From Candidatus Melainabacteria bacterium 17Bon1m (lineage in GTDB: Bacteria; Cyanobacteriota; Vampirovibrionia; Obscuribacterales; Obscuribacteraceae): a stretch of DNA of 64,000 nt. The stretch is from assembly GCA_032128875.1 (NCBI GenBank), contig JAVLKG010000017.1, positions 14,890 to 78,889 on the forward strand, given 5' to 3'. This document shows positions 38,289-47,946 of this stretch, piece after piece (within the stretch, counting starts at the first letter, position 1; the number at the start of each line of letters is the position of its first letter). The position numbers were made by a program, and so were the translations under genes. The notes beneath the pieces were generated by a model that ran no database searches, was not told the DNA's origin, and saw only the letters and a list, made by a program, of their open reading frames with translations.

Positions 38289-39704
38289 ATGCAACGCTCA
38301 TTGTCAGTTCACATCGTCAAACAAGGTTTGCAGTCTGGGCTCACCAAATTCTTTGGTCGAGCCACGCGAGCTGCGCTTATCTACTCGTCTGATGTTGCGG
38401 AAGCAAATGATTTCTCAGTTTACGACACGACCGGGCTTTTGGAAAAATATAAACCAGATATCAGTGCTTATTTCCAGAGCGCTGACGCTGTTCCCCGGCA
38501 AACTAAGATTGACAAAATTTCCGAGACTGTTCGGACAAGACCCCGACTCTCCAATGACCTTTATTGTTTGATCGAGCAGTCAAACGATGTCTTTTTTCAC
38601 ATGTGGTTTGTCGAGCGACACCAGAGTGAAAGCCCAGGCAGCTTGCTTGATCAATGGATTCTTTTTGCACAGCTTCCATTGCTTAGGCCGGATGGCGAGA
38701 TGAACATTGGAACGCAAATTGGTGGAGGCCGACTTGCTGAACATGCCGCATTCGATGTTGTTAGAGAAGTAATAATGGAGCAGATGTTCCCGCGCACTTT
38801 GGCAGGTGGTCAGGCCGATGCTGAGATCGTTCTTGAATCGCTTATGGAAATTGCGACCGTCAAAGAAGAAGGATCCGGTTGCTCAGGCACTTTGGCAATC
38901 TTTGACCGAAATCCGACCGGTCAACCAAAAGTGGACTATCCTCTGAAGACGCCGGTAGCCATCGACAAATTCAAACATGTTAGAAAGTTTTTGACCGCTA
39001 CCAGTGATGACTATCAGCTGGTGGCTATTGCTGGAAACATTGTCGGTTTCTCTCACAGAAAATCCATTAAAAGTCCGCTTTTGGCTTCTTTCGATCGTGG
39101 AAAGCTCACACTAACCCTGAACAAAGTTCCACTTTGTCAAATTAGTAATGGGACCTTTAGAGCTATCGAAAGCAAATGGACTTTGGACATAAACAACCAA
39201 ACAAAATCCTTGTCTAGGCTTGATGCCGCGACGAAACTGCGTGTTCAAGAGTTCGTCAATAAGTTAGTTACAACTGCTCGCAATGAGCATTTTGGATGTA
39301 CTCTCCTTCTGGACTCAGGTGAACCTTGTAAGCGCAGGTTGAGCGGACAGAAACTAGAAACTCCTGTTGCATTGAATGAAGACACTTTCAATCTCTTCTC
39401 AGATATGTGTAAAGTTGATGGAGCTGTCCACATCGACGTTAATAAGCTTCACTTGTGCGCTTTTGCCTGTCTTTTGGACGGTGAATCTGGTGATACCGAA
39501 GAACTTTCTCGTGGAGCTCGCTTCAACTCTGCGCAGAGATACAGTCGCAAAACTGAAAATATGGTCGTCCTTGTTGTTTCAGAAGACGGACCGGTCACTA
39601 TTTTTGAAGGCGGCGAGACGGCTGCTGTAATTGAAAAGTATGTGAGAGATCACGAATGCAAACATTCTCCACCGAAACTGAGTGAGTGGTTGAACTCGAA
39701 GTAA
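38289..39704 (+). CDS. Diadenylate-cyclase (DisA_N/DAC) domain protein with large N-terminal sensor-like region
   Basis: HFGCTLLL, VDGAVHID, CLLDG, RGARFNSA and VVSEDGPVTIF. Confidence 0.85.
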   Translation: MQRSLSVHIVKQGLQSGLTKFFGRATRAALIYSSDVAEANDFSVYDTTGLLEKYKPDISAYFQSADAVPRQTKIDKISETVRTRPRLSNDLYCLIEQSNDVFFHMWFVERHQSESPGSLLDQWILFAQLPLLRPDGEMNIGTQIGGGRLAEHAAFDVVREVIMEQMFPRTLAGGQADAEIVLESLMEIATVKEEGSGCSGTLAIFDRNPTGQPKVDYPLKTPVAIDKFKHVRKFLTATSDDYQLVAIAGNIVGFSHRKSIKSPLLASFDRGKLTLTLNKVPLCQISNGTFRAIESKWTLDINNQTKSLSRLDAATKLRVQEFVNKLVTTARNEHFGCTLLLDSGEPCKRRLSGQKLETPVALNEDTFNLFSDMCKVDGAVHIDVNKLHLCAFACLLDGESGDTEELSRGARFNSAQRYSRKTENMVVLVVSEDGPVTIFEGGETAAVIEKYVRDHECKHSPPKLSEWLNSK

Positions 39705-39797
39705 GCGCGAGCTTTGAATAGGCTATTGCTTCTCTCTAGATTATTCGTCAAGCCGGCTGCTTTGTTTTGGCGAAACCACCATTGAAACCTAGGTAGA

Positions 39798-39942
39798 TGG
39801 TGCGCGCTGTTCGCCCATTATGCCGCCTCGGCGCCACCGCAGTGCGTTTGGGTAATCATGTCTGACGTCTAATTCTCTGTTCAGCCGCACAGCGGAGCCG
39901 AGGCGGCTGGGCGTTTTTGCAGCGCGAGCTGCTGAAACACCA
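39798..39942. other. Long imperfect hairpin upstream of the gp88-like gene
   Basis: CGCGCTG/CAGCGCG, CGCCCA/TGGGCG, GCCGCCTCGGC/GCCGAGGCGGC and CCGCaGTGCG/CGCACaGCGG. Confidence 0.85.
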
Positions 39943-39959
39943 GCATGAGGGCTTGAGAA

Positions 39960-40751
39960 ATGACAAAGCGTGACTATGGTTTGGAGCTCACGAATAATAG
40001 CAAAGTCGGCTGGGCATTTAGTCTTCCACGCAGTAAGACATGCATTAATGCCACCACTATCTGCAAGAAACTTTGCTACGGAAATGGCATTCGCTATCAA
40101 TCTGCTGGTCATAAAGCAAAGCGTGAGCGCAACTTTCGCACTATTCAATTTCTTTTAAATGAAGGCGGTCCAGAGTTGCTTTCACAGAATTTGTCTCTAA
40201 TGGTCGATCAGGCTCGTCCTCGCGATTGGCTCTGTGCAAAGATTACTGCTACTGAAACTGTGATTCCCTGGACGCTTCGCATTCATGATATTGGTGATTT
40301 CCATTGCGTGGGCTATGTTGAAGCCTGGTTTCTAACCGTTCAAAAATATCCAGACTGCAAATTTTGGTTTTATACTCGCAGTTTTGCTGAAGTGGAACTA
40401 TTCACCGCTTTGACAAAACTTGCAGCTCTGCCAAACTGTCGGGGCTGGCTTTCAGTCGATTCAGAGAACTTTGAGCAAGCCATTCTTGCAAAGTGCAACA
40501 CTGAATCTTCGATCTGGAATTTTGCCATGCTCCAAGATCCGCAGATGCATGATGAGGTATTGTCGGCGCTTAAGATCGTCGAGACATCGGCCAAAATAAT
40601 CAATTTCCCATATCATCGCGGTGGCAGACATGTTCAGCCTTTGCATGACAGTATTCTTATCAACTGTCCTGCAGTTGTGGGTAGTATGAATTTGCAATCT
40701 AGCAAAGATGTTGCTCGTCCCTGCCAATCATGCAGCATGTGTTTACCGTAG
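39960..40751 (+). CDS. Gp88-like Cys-rich (radical-SAM-like) protein
   Basis: NSKVG..FSLP...TC......C...CY, RIHDIGDF, FWFYTRS, LSVD and C-terminal CP...C..C..C. Confidence 0.75.
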   Translation: MTKRDYGLELTNNSKVGWAFSLPRSKTCINATTICKKLCYGNGIRYQSAGHKAKRERNFRTIQFLLNEGGPELLSQNLSLMVDQARPRDWLCAKITATETVIPWTLRIHDIGDFHCVGYVEAWFLTVQKYPDCKFWFYTRSFAEVELFTALTKLAALPNCRGWLSVDSENFEQAILAKCNTESSIWNFAMLQDPQMHDEVLSALKIVETSAKIINFPYHRGGRHVQPLHDSILINCPAVVGSMNLQSSKDVARPCQSCSMCLP

Positions 40752-41079
40752 TTTTTTGTGTGACGTGAGTTTGCTGATGTGGCTCTGGCTCAGTTGAAAG
40801 CATTTGTTTCGATGGCAATTCTCTATCGGTGAATTCTACTTCTTTGTATTTGTCTAGACCTTGCTCACTGATTCTTGCTTTTCGGTAGACGAGTCGGTTT
40901 TCGCAAGCTAATTTCCCAGGACGTATGGTCAGTCGTTTGCTCAAAGGTCGACCGTGCCTGTTTTTTTTAGCGTTTGATTGTTTCTTTCGCTCGTTGCTTG
41001 TCCCGTCGTTGCTGACTGGTTGGGAGGCGCGCCGTCTGTACGACTTGTGGTGAGTTTGTTCTCGTCGGGCTTCCCCAGG

Positions 41080-41205
41080 GCTGTGTAAAACAAGTGCAAA
41101 TCCTGGCACATCTTGCCTCTTACGCAATGACTTAATCCCTTCGGGACGCTGCGCGGTCATGCACCAGATTCAATCCGTGCCGACCTTGGCGCACTTAAAC
41201 ACAGC
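41080..41205. other. Long imperfect hairpin upstream of ssb
   Basis: GCTGTGT/ACACAGC, AAGTGC/GCACTT, GGCAC/GTGCC, ATGAC/GTCAT and apical TCCC-TTCG-GGA. Confidence 0.7.
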
Positions 41206-41222
41206 ACTGGAGGTGCAGTCTC

Positions 41223-41603
41223 ATGAATCAAATCACTCTCATCGGCAAAGTCGGCGGCGAACCTACAGCAGTTACCTTCACCGATTCGGATAACAAGCTT
41301 GCGAAATTCTCTATCGCTGTGCCTGAGTATTCATCCAAAGTCGACGATCCAGAGCCGCTCTGGATTGATGTTGATGCCTGGGGAAATTTAGCTGAGCGAG
41401 TTCTCGACTATGTCACCAAAGGTCGCGAAATTTGTGTCTCAGGCAAGCTCTCGATTGTCAAATACAACAAGGAAGTAAATGGTGTCACCGTAAAGATGAC
41501 TAAGCCTGTCGTGAAACTCTCGAGCTTTCACCTCTGTGGCAAGAAGCCTCAAAGCGACAGTGCATCTTCAAAACCTACAAAAAGAAAGCGCAATGCTGCG
41601 TGA
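41223..41603 (+). CDS. ssb: Single-stranded DNA-binding protein (no acidic C-terminal tip)
   Basis: MNQITLIGKVG.EP, FSIAV, WIDVDAWG.LAE and KGREICVSGKL. Confidence 0.93.
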   Translation: MNQITLIGKVGGEPTAVTFTDSDNKLAKFSIAVPEYSSKVDDPEPLWIDVDAWGNLAERVLDYVTKGREICVSGKLSIVKYNKEVNGVTVKMTKPVVKLSSFHLCGKKPQSDSASSKPTKRKRNAA

Positions 41604-41607
41604 TCTA

Positions 41608-41636
41608 GAGGGGCGGGACTTTGTCCCGCCCTTTCC
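41608..41636 (+). terminator. Hairpin/terminator after ssb
   Basis: GGGCGGGAC-ttt-GTCCCGCCC followed by T-rich sequence. Confidence 0.7.
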
Positions 41637-41676
41637 TCAATTTTTGTTTGTATTTTCGCCTTTTGGAGTATTTGCA

Positions 41677-41952
41677 ATGAAATCTTCGAAGAATCTACTT
41701 GCTTTGGACGGCATCGAAACGTTGTCCCTCACTCGCGAAGAGTGGCAACTAATAGACGTTGCTATTTGTGGCTATATTGCGCTATGGACGCTCAAGGCTG
41801 TTCCGCCAAAGCTGGACAAACTTCAAGCTGTTCTAAAGGCAGTGAGGGCGCTCTGGTTTGAGGACCGACATGAGCGTCGTAAAACTGGTTTTTGTCGGGT
41901 TTGCGGTCACTATGGCTCTGACTGCACTGGTCGCCAAAGTCCTCGTAAATAG
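41677..41952 (+). CDS. Small hypothetical protein with C-terminal CxxCxH...C
   Basis: GGAG RBS before MKSSK; followed by a GGGGCTGG/CCAGCCCC hairpin. Confidence 0.6.
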   Translation: MKSSKNLLALDGIETLSLTREEWQLIDVAICGYIALWTLKAVPPKLDKLQAVLKAVRALWFEDRHERRKTGFCRVCGHYGSDCTGRQSPRK

Positions 41953-42052
41953 TCAGCGTCGGGGCTGGTCTTCACCAGCCCCTTATTTCTTGTCAGAAAT
42001 GGCGGTTACTCAAATATCTTCTCGGTGGGAAAAATATGATTGAGCTTTTGAG

Positions 42053-42733
42053 GTGTGGGTTATGGATCTAAATACAAAAGTTTCTGGCGATTGGACTGCT
42101 GGTCATTGGAAAGCCGAAAGCGCGAAATTGAAACCTGGTGAAGACGAGCATCTTTGGAAAATTGCATTTACCAGGTATTTTCGCGAACGCTTACAGATAA
42201 GGTATTTCGACCCAATAAAAGCAATAGAAGGTCTCGGAAAGCATGAGGGCAAAGGATTTGCTATCGTCGCCATTCAATGCAGTCTAATTGAATTTTTGGA
42301 GTCGACCTATCAAGGCAAAGCTTACAAGCACATGCCGGTGAAAAAACACTGTGATGGCTGTACGTGCTCATTGCCGACGAAACCAGTTGCCGCGAAAGTA
42401 GTCAATGAATATCACAATAGTTCAGGGATGTTCACCAAATTTCTGAGAAGCAAAATGAGTGATTCTTTTACAACAAAACAGGCTGAGTCTTTCTACAAAG
42501 CTGTGAGGTGTGGGCTTCTTCACGAAGCAAGGACCAAAGGTGATTGGAAAATCAATGTTGGCGATGGCAAAGGACCGCCAGTCAAAATCACAGCTGGAGA
42601 GAAGATTGTTTACTGGAAAAACTTACGCAGAGGAATATCGGAATACATCGATTGGTATGAAGGACAACTTCTCGCTAGTCCAGATCTGCAGAAGAAATTC
42701 AAGGATAAGCTAGACAAGCTCTTTCTTGAATAG
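42053..42733 (+). CDS. HEPN-like protein
   Basis: GFAIVAIQCSLIEFL helix and FY..VRCGLLHE (RxxxxH). Confidence 0.65.
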   Translation: MWVMDLNTKVSGDWTAGHWKAESAKLKPGEDEHLWKIAFTRYFRERLQIRYFDPIKAIEGLGKHEGKGFAIVAIQCSLIEFLESTYQGKAYKHMPVKKHCDGCTCSLPTKPVAAKVVNEYHNSSGMFTKFLRSKMSDSFTTKQAESFYKAVRCGLLHEARTKGDWKINVGDGKGPPVKITAGEKIVYWKNLRRGISEYIDWYEGQLLASPDLQKKFKDKLDKLFLE

Positions 42734-42860
42734 TCAGTGGCTGAACTCATTATGCTTTGTGAAGCCAGACTTTGAGCCGTAATCGCCACTGTATGATTTT
42801 TTAGAACAGTTAAATGCCCCGTTGATAAACCCTGGCACTGCCGGGCTGCTTGCTGCTCTT

Positions 42861-42970
42861 CCATGCCCGGCACTAGAGCCTACACGCCGCCACCCGAGTT
42901 CAAGCCCCAGCCAAAAGTCGCTGCGCGAGGCTTGAACTCGGGACCCTGGGCTGGCGTGTAACAGGCATGG
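42861..42970. other. Long imperfect hairpin
   Basis: CCATGCC/GGCATGG, TACACGCC/GGCGTGTA and the 14-bp stem CCCGAGTTCAAGCC/GGCTTGAACTCGGG. Confidence 0.85.
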
Positions 42971-43054
42971 GCTGCATGGGGTGCGCGCGCATCCCTCGAC
43001 AGACCATGCCTGGAGAAATGAATGCGGAATTAGAGCGGCTGTCCGAGAAATCTA

Positions 43055-43282
43055 CTACCAGACCCAGATGTCTTCCACTTCTTCGAAGTAGTCTTCAGGA
43101 AAACCATGTTCTTCAAGAAATGCTTTGACTTCTTCCCATTGGCAAAATATACCGGCCATCCAGCAGGCATCCCGTCTACCACGTGCTTCTTTCAGAAATT
43201 GGCCTATATCAATCACTCCTCTTTTAAGCCTTATGACTGCGTTTCTGAATTCTAGTTTGATAATTCTTGGACTCTTTTCCAT
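43055..43282 (-). CDS. Small hypothetical protein with acidic C-terminus
   Basis: 75-aa ORF with an AAGGAG RBS. Confidence 0.6.
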   Translation of the reverse strand: MEKSPRIIKLEFRNAVIRLKRGVIDIGQFLKEARGRRDACWMAGIFCQWEEVKAFLEEHGFPEDYFEEVEDIWVW

Positions 43283-43430
43283 TTGGACATCTCCTTGATT
43301 CTTGGACTCGATTGAATTTTAAATATGCAGTCAACCCCCTCCTTCTGAGCTGACTATCTGATTGGACCAGGACGACTTGAGTAGAACAAGGCATCAAGGA
43401 AAAGGTCCGTTTGGTCTCATTGGACGCAAA

Positions 43431-43465
43431 GCAAAAGTCGAAGCATGACTTAAATGCTTCGACTT
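43431..43465 (-). terminator. Intrinsic terminator after the TPR genes
   Basis: AAGTCGAAGCAT/ATGCTTCGACTT inverted repeat with a T-run on the minus strand. Confidence 0.7.
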
Positions 43466-43486
43466 AGTTGGTGAAAAAACTTGGGT

Positions 43487-44113
43487 CTACTGAGATGCGC
43501 GTTTCAATAAATCTCTGATTTGAGGTACGTCAAGTCCGCTGTTTATAACCGTTTCTGCATCGATTTTGGCATTTTGTTTTCTGCCCATTTTGATAAAAGT
43601 TTCCGCTCTAAGAATGTAGCCACCTTGGTGTACTTTTGCTGGAAGCTTTATATCTTCGATCAGCGCCGTGGCAGACCCGATAGCTGTCGGATAGTCGCCG
43701 CCTTTGAGCGCGCTGGAAGCTTTTTCGACTGTCTCTCCGACTGTGCCACTGCCCATAACTTTGTTTCCTGCAATAATGCGGCTTTCGGCGTTATTCAATT
43801 GCTCGTAAATGACGTGCTTGTTATAGCCTTTCTTAATCGCGTTTTCAAAGTCTGTTTTTGCTTTGGCATAATCTTTGGAGTCATAGTAGGCAGACCCTCT
43901 GAGTGCAATATATTCGCCGTTTGATGGGTCGTTGTTGGAGAGTTTTGTGAATTCGGAAATTGCAACGGAAAACTGTCTCGCCTTTATTGCTTCAATGCCT
44001 CTGAAGACAGCGCTGTCTCTTTGGTCTCTGCTTAATCCCTGAGCATGTGCAGTTGACACAAAGCTAGATGAGACAGCTATTGCACACATGGCTGAAATCA
44101 AGACTTTTGACAT
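43487..44113 (-). CDS. Exported TPR protein
   Basis: Signal peptide ending AHA; TPR motifs (RGSAYYDSKDYAKAKTDF). Confidence 0.85.
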   Translation of the reverse strand: MSKVLISAMCAIAVSSSFVSTAHAQGLSRDQRDSAVFRGIEAIKARQFSVAISEFTKLSNNDPSNGEYIALRGSAYYDSKDYAKAKTDFENAIKKGYNKHVIYEQLNNAESRIIAGNKVMGSGTVGETVEKASSALKGGDYPTAIGSATALIEDIKLPAKVHQGGYILRAETFIKMGRKQNAKIDAETVINSGLDVPQIRDLLKRASQ

Positions 44114-44136
44114 TGTTTTATCCCTCGTTTTGAGAA

Positions 44137-44994
44137 TTATCTTGTGAAACTTGCTCTAGGATTTTTCTCCACTACTTTCATTTCTTGCGCTGATAAATCG
44201 AGCGGAATCCAGTCAATCTCAGCTTGCGCCAGCTTCTTCTTGGCGTTTTCTTTTGCGGCTGCCAGCTCGGCATTTGCTTTTCCTTTTTGTCCGAGCCTTG
44301 AATAAATCACTGCTCGACGCTTATATGCGGACATCAGCATTGGATCCCACTGAATTGCCGATGCGAAATCTGCTAGTGCTTCTTCGCTCTTTCCCACCGA
44401 GTCATATGCAGCGCCGCGTAAGTAACGCTCTTCAGGTCCGTCAATCTGGGAGATTGATTTTGTGAGATATTCAATAGCTTTCTTGTCGTCTTTCTTCGCC
44501 TGATACGCAATGGCTATGAGTTTGTAGACTTCAATCTTCGAATCAGGACGATTCTTTCTTATCGCTTCTTCAGAGCGGCTAATAGCATCATCGTAATGCT
44601 TCAAATGAGTCGCAATGATTGCCCCGTAGTCAAACATTGAGCCGTTATCTGGATCAAGTCGCATAGCTTCTTTGATATCCTTTTCCGCTTCTTCGTACTT
44701 TTCAGTCCGCATGTAGGTTTCGGCTCTAAGCTTATAACCGAAGCTGGGTTGAACTTTTATCAACTGATTGGCGATATCCAATGCAGCCGGATAATTTTTC
44801 ACCCTTTCTGCTTCCATATGCTTGTTAAAAAGCTCGCTTGCTATTTTTTCCATTTCCGCATCTTCGGCGGAAGTCTTCGATATCCCGTTCTGTGTTGTAC
44901 TTGAATTTGAGCTGCAAGACACAACGAAAACCGCAACAGAAACAACGACCGCTGTTGCAAGATACTTTTTCTTCAGAAACATGTTTCCGAACAC
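44137..44994 (-). CDS. TPR lipoprotein
   Basis: Lipobox-like VVSC; multiple TPRs. Confidence 0.85.
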   Translation of the reverse strand: MFGNMFLKKKYLATAVVVSVAVFVVSCSSNSSTTQNGISKTSAEDAEMEKIASELFNKHMEAERVKNYPAALDIANQLIKVQPSFGYKLRAETYMRTEKYEEAEKDIKEAMRLDPDNGSMFDYGAIIATHLKHYDDAISRSEEAIRKNRPDSKIEVYKLIAIAYQAKKDDKKAIEYLTKSISQIDGPEERYLRGAAYDSVGKSEEALADFASAIQWDPMLMSAYKRRAVIYSRLGQKGKANAELAAAKENAKKKLAQAEIDWIPLDLSAQEMKVVEKNPRASFTR

Positions 44995-45194
44995 CTCATG
45001 ACGAAAGAGTCATTGTAAAAAGGACGCCGGGAAACCATTGTTCAGACTAACACGGCCGACCTTTCATACTCAAATTCCTTCCGCATCAAATTTGGCATTC
45101 TCGCAAATAATTGTCACTGTGGAATTGTGCATAGCTCAATTGCAAAGTCGTCTTCAGGGCTCACAAACTGCTTGCGATTGTCTACTTTAGGGTC

Positions 45195-45506
45195 TTACGC
45201 GTCTGGAATCAAATGACCGTCAGCGCTCTTTACACCGTTGCCTTCGTCAAACCAAATTTCTGTACCTTCTGGAATATCTGTTTTTTGATATCCAGGCTCA
45301 ATTGAAAAGGAGAACGGACGTTCTGCTGAAGGTGGCGAGGGTAGCTCTAGGTAAGCTTTGCTGCGAATTATCGAGCCATCAGGACGTTTTAACTCGATAA
45401 CGCCGCCATGCTGAAATCCCGCAATTGAGCCTATTGCGTCACTAACAAGTACAAGTCTGTCTTGCAATTGAAAAACCTTTTGTACTTTAAACGCAGCAAT
45501 TACCAT
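45195..45506 (-). CDS. Putative immunity protein
   Basis: 103-aa beta-rich ORF overlapping the stop of the toxin-like gene. Confidence 0.55.
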   Translation of the reverse strand: MVIAAFKVQKVFQLQDRLVLVSDAIGSIAGFQHGGVIELKRPDGSIIRSKAYLELPSPPSAERPFSFSIEPGYQKTDIPEGTEIWFDEGNGVKSADGHLIPDA

Positions 45507-46993
45507 CGCTTTTCACCTATTTCAAACGGTGTATATCCAAATCTCATAGCCTTGTCGATTTCATTCTCTTTCAGAACTTCTAAGACTTGCACTTCATTAT
45601 CCGTCAATCCGAGCATCTTTCGATGTCTGAGCATGAAGTCTTTCACCCTTACTTCACCAATCACTCCGGGCATGTCTTTGGCAGTAAAGAAGCCCAGTTT
45701 GCCTTGAGTTCCGTGTAAGAACTCTTCCAAGGCAGCTATTTTACTAGGGTTTGGCTTGAGTAAAATGTGATTCAGCTCACTGCCGCCAGTGTTCGCTTCT
45801 GCTCCGATGAATTTTAGGTATTCCATTTCTTCGGATCCAGGCGCTGCAAAGACTATTTCACGTCCCTTCGCCTTCATACCGGCCAGCAATTCTTCAGATG
45901 CTGGCTGAAGCTCCAGGTGTTTGAGATGATCCGGCACTTCCGGCATGTTGAGAGCATCATGGGCTTTTTGAATGTCGTCGAAATACCCCTTCGGTACTCC
46001 AGCCAATTCAAGTTCTTGCGCCGAAAGCCCCTTTGCCCGCAAGTATTCGAAGAACATTTGTTTTGTCTGCTGCGCTAACTGAGGCGAAGTATGTGCGCTA
46101 AGTTCAATAGACTGCAGGCTTTCTTGAACAGTTTTTAAAAACGCCTGATCAAGTTTCGTTCCGACTTTACCGGCAATTTTCAAAGCCAATTCGGCTCCTT
46201 CTGTACTGCCTTCTGGATTTCCCATTCCGAACATAAATTTGCCGATCACTTGTCCCTGTTCTCTTTTGGGAAGTGACGAATATTGCTCGCTGCCTTCTTG
46301 GATCATGTTGCCGAGCCGTTCCAACGCATGATTGACAGCGTTTGGATCTTTGCTCATTGCATCAAGCGTACTGCCCACTGCATGAAAAAGGGGATCGTTT
46401 ATTGCATTTGGTTGAGCTAAAAAGTTCGCAACTGTTCCATCGGTCAGTGCCTTCCATCCGAGAGCAGCCGCGGACTTCGTTTCTTCTTTTGCAATGTTTA
46501 AGCCTTCTGCAATTCCGATAGCTTTGTCGATTTCGCCTTGAAAATACGTCTTCCAGCCTTCGGGATCGGTTGCTCTTTTTGTAGCGGCCTGTATAAATGC
46601 CGACAGCTTCTCAGATGGAGTTCTTGTATCTCTTTTTTCCTCATAGTCCATACCGAGAGCAAACATGCCTTTTGTCTTTCCCTGCGGATAATCTATGACT
46701 GTTCCGGTATCTGCCGCAGAGCCGTTCCCAGGCTTGTTCGAGTCGAACAGTTGAAAACGATTCGCTTGAATTTCAGCCACTCTGGCATTGTATTGATCGA
46801 CCGTTTCATTTGCTCCAATGGCAATCATTTCCGGCTCGGATAGAGACCTGTCATTGGCATGCGAAATATCATTTGCAGCTGCATGTACTTCCTGATTTTT
46901 CTGACCACCGATCACTCCAGAGACTGCTGCTGCCTCTGGTGTCTTTTGCGGAGTTTTTTCTATTTGCTTGCTTGATTCGTCAGTGTCTGCCAC
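45500..46993 (-). CDS. Polymorphic-toxin-like protein with C-terminal zincin-like toxin domain
   Basis: ILLKPNPSKIAALEEFLHGTQ...EVRVKDFMLRH resembles C-terminal metallopeptidase toxin tips; preceded by a helical pre-toxin-like region. Confidence 0.65.
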   Translation of the reverse strand: MADTDESSKQIEKTPQKTPEAAAVSGVIGGQKNQEVHAAANDISHANDRSLSEPEMIAIGANETVDQYNARVAEIQANRFQLFDSNKPGNGSAADTGTVIDYPQGKTKGMFALGMDYEEKRDTRTPSEKLSAFIQAATKRATDPEGWKTYFQGEIDKAIGIAEGLNIAKEETKSAAALGWKALTDGTVANFLAQPNAINDPLFHAVGSTLDAMSKDPNAVNHALERLGNMIQEGSEQYSSLPKREQGQVIGKFMFGMGNPEGSTEGAELALKIAGKVGTKLDQAFLKTVQESLQSIELSAHTSPQLAQQTKQMFFEYLRAKGLSAQELELAGVPKGYFDDIQKAHDALNMPEVPDHLKHLELQPASEELLAGMKAKGREIVFAAPGSEEMEYLKFIGAEANTGGSELNHILLKPNPSKIAALEEFLHGTQGKLGFFTAKDMPGVIGEVRVKDFMLRHRKMLGLTDNEVQVLEVLKENEIDKAMRFGYTPFEIGEKRW

Positions 46994-47113
46994 GCTCTTG
47001 GCCTCGAACTAGCAAGTAGTATGTACCCATCTGCGCCTAAAAGACTTGGATACAGCCAGTCGACTTTCGCGCAGTTACATAAGCTACTGAAATTTTGCTT
47101 GCAAACGCTCACT

Positions 47114-47623
47114 TCAAGGGGACTTCTTCACTTTCTTAGCCTTTGGCTTTCCTTTAGGTTTTGCGGAAGGAACGTCCACTCCGTCGAAAAACATCTGTTT
47201 AGTCTTTGCCGGATCACGTTTTAGCTTTGCCAGATCAACTGCTAGACCATCGTTTACATGCTTCGACCATTCTTCTGATTCTTTCTTGGCGCGAGCACGG
47301 ATGCCTTCCAAAACCTCCGGCGGGACTTGGTCAGCCGAAGTCAATCGATATACTTCCATATCAACGGCAATACTTTCCGCTGCGGCTCTCCAGCAAAGTA
47401 CGAGCATCCTGCAAAGCTCTTCTTCAAACGTTCTTACGTAATTCAATACTTGTCCGTAATACGGACTTGCCAACTCATCTGCCTTGTTTTCGATTTGCCT
47501 GTCAATCGCCGCTCTGATGAAATCAGTTCGCGTCTGGTCCCTTTTGAGCATGCGATCGATATGCGCCAGGCGCGACTTTTCAACTCGAATGTGGATGTCC
47601 GTGTAGATTTTTTTTCTTGGCAT
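47114..47623 (-). CDS. Ribbon-helix-helix (CopG-like) domain protein
   Basis: IHIRVEK..LAHID......TRTDFIRAAIDRQI. Confidence 0.75.
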   Translation of the reverse strand: MPRKKIYTDIHIRVEKSRLAHIDRMLKRDQTRTDFIRAAIDRQIENKADELASPYYGQVLNYVRTFEEELCRMLVLCWRAAAESIAVDMEVYRLTSADQVPPEVLEGIRARAKKESEEWSKHVNDGLAVDLAKLKRDPAKTKQMFFDGVDVPSAKPKGKPKAKKVKKSP

Positions 47624-47854
47624 AAGCGTGGATACGATAAAAGGTAAACAGAGAAAGAGAAATTACTATCTGTGGATTAGTTATGCCCGCATGTTTCAAT
47701 GTTCTCACCCTGCATTAGAATGAGAGTGTGGGTTGGGAATGAGGCACGGACGCAGATTTCCGCTGACCCATAAAGGTAGTTAAACAGTTGGTAGAACAGC
47801 TCCTCTCGCCAGGAGTTTGTTTTCATGCGCCTTTGGGTGCAAAGGAGGTTTGTT

Positions 47855-47926
47855 TTGTTGGAGTTTGCTGCGCTATTGGCGGTTTTCACCGTCTGGACGG
47901 CTCTTGTTTTAAAAACACAGCAGTAA
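47855..47926 (+). CDS. Putative type I toxin-like hydrophobic peptide (23 aa, MLEFAALLAVFTVWTALVLKTQQ; not in the ORF track)
   Basis: AAGGAGG 6 nt before a TTG; single TM helix; anti-SD-like sequence upstream and a strong terminator downstream. Confidence 0.65.
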   Translation: MLEFAALLAVFTVWTALVLKTQQ

Positions 47927-47946
47927 AGGAGGTTTGCTGTATCTAT

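Noticed and set aside
36227-39704. Calling the Ubl/E2/E1 cluster CBASS or a ThiS/MoaD sulfur-carrier operon
   Set aside because: No CD-NTase motif and no thiamine or molybdopterin genes; the E2 and JAB domains point to Bil/Bub-type conjugation
47811-47940. GGAG(G)TTTG repeats as plasmid iterons or a mini-CRISPR
   Set aside because: Irregular spacing and no rep or cas gene; better explained as SD-like pairing segments of a small toxin mRNA
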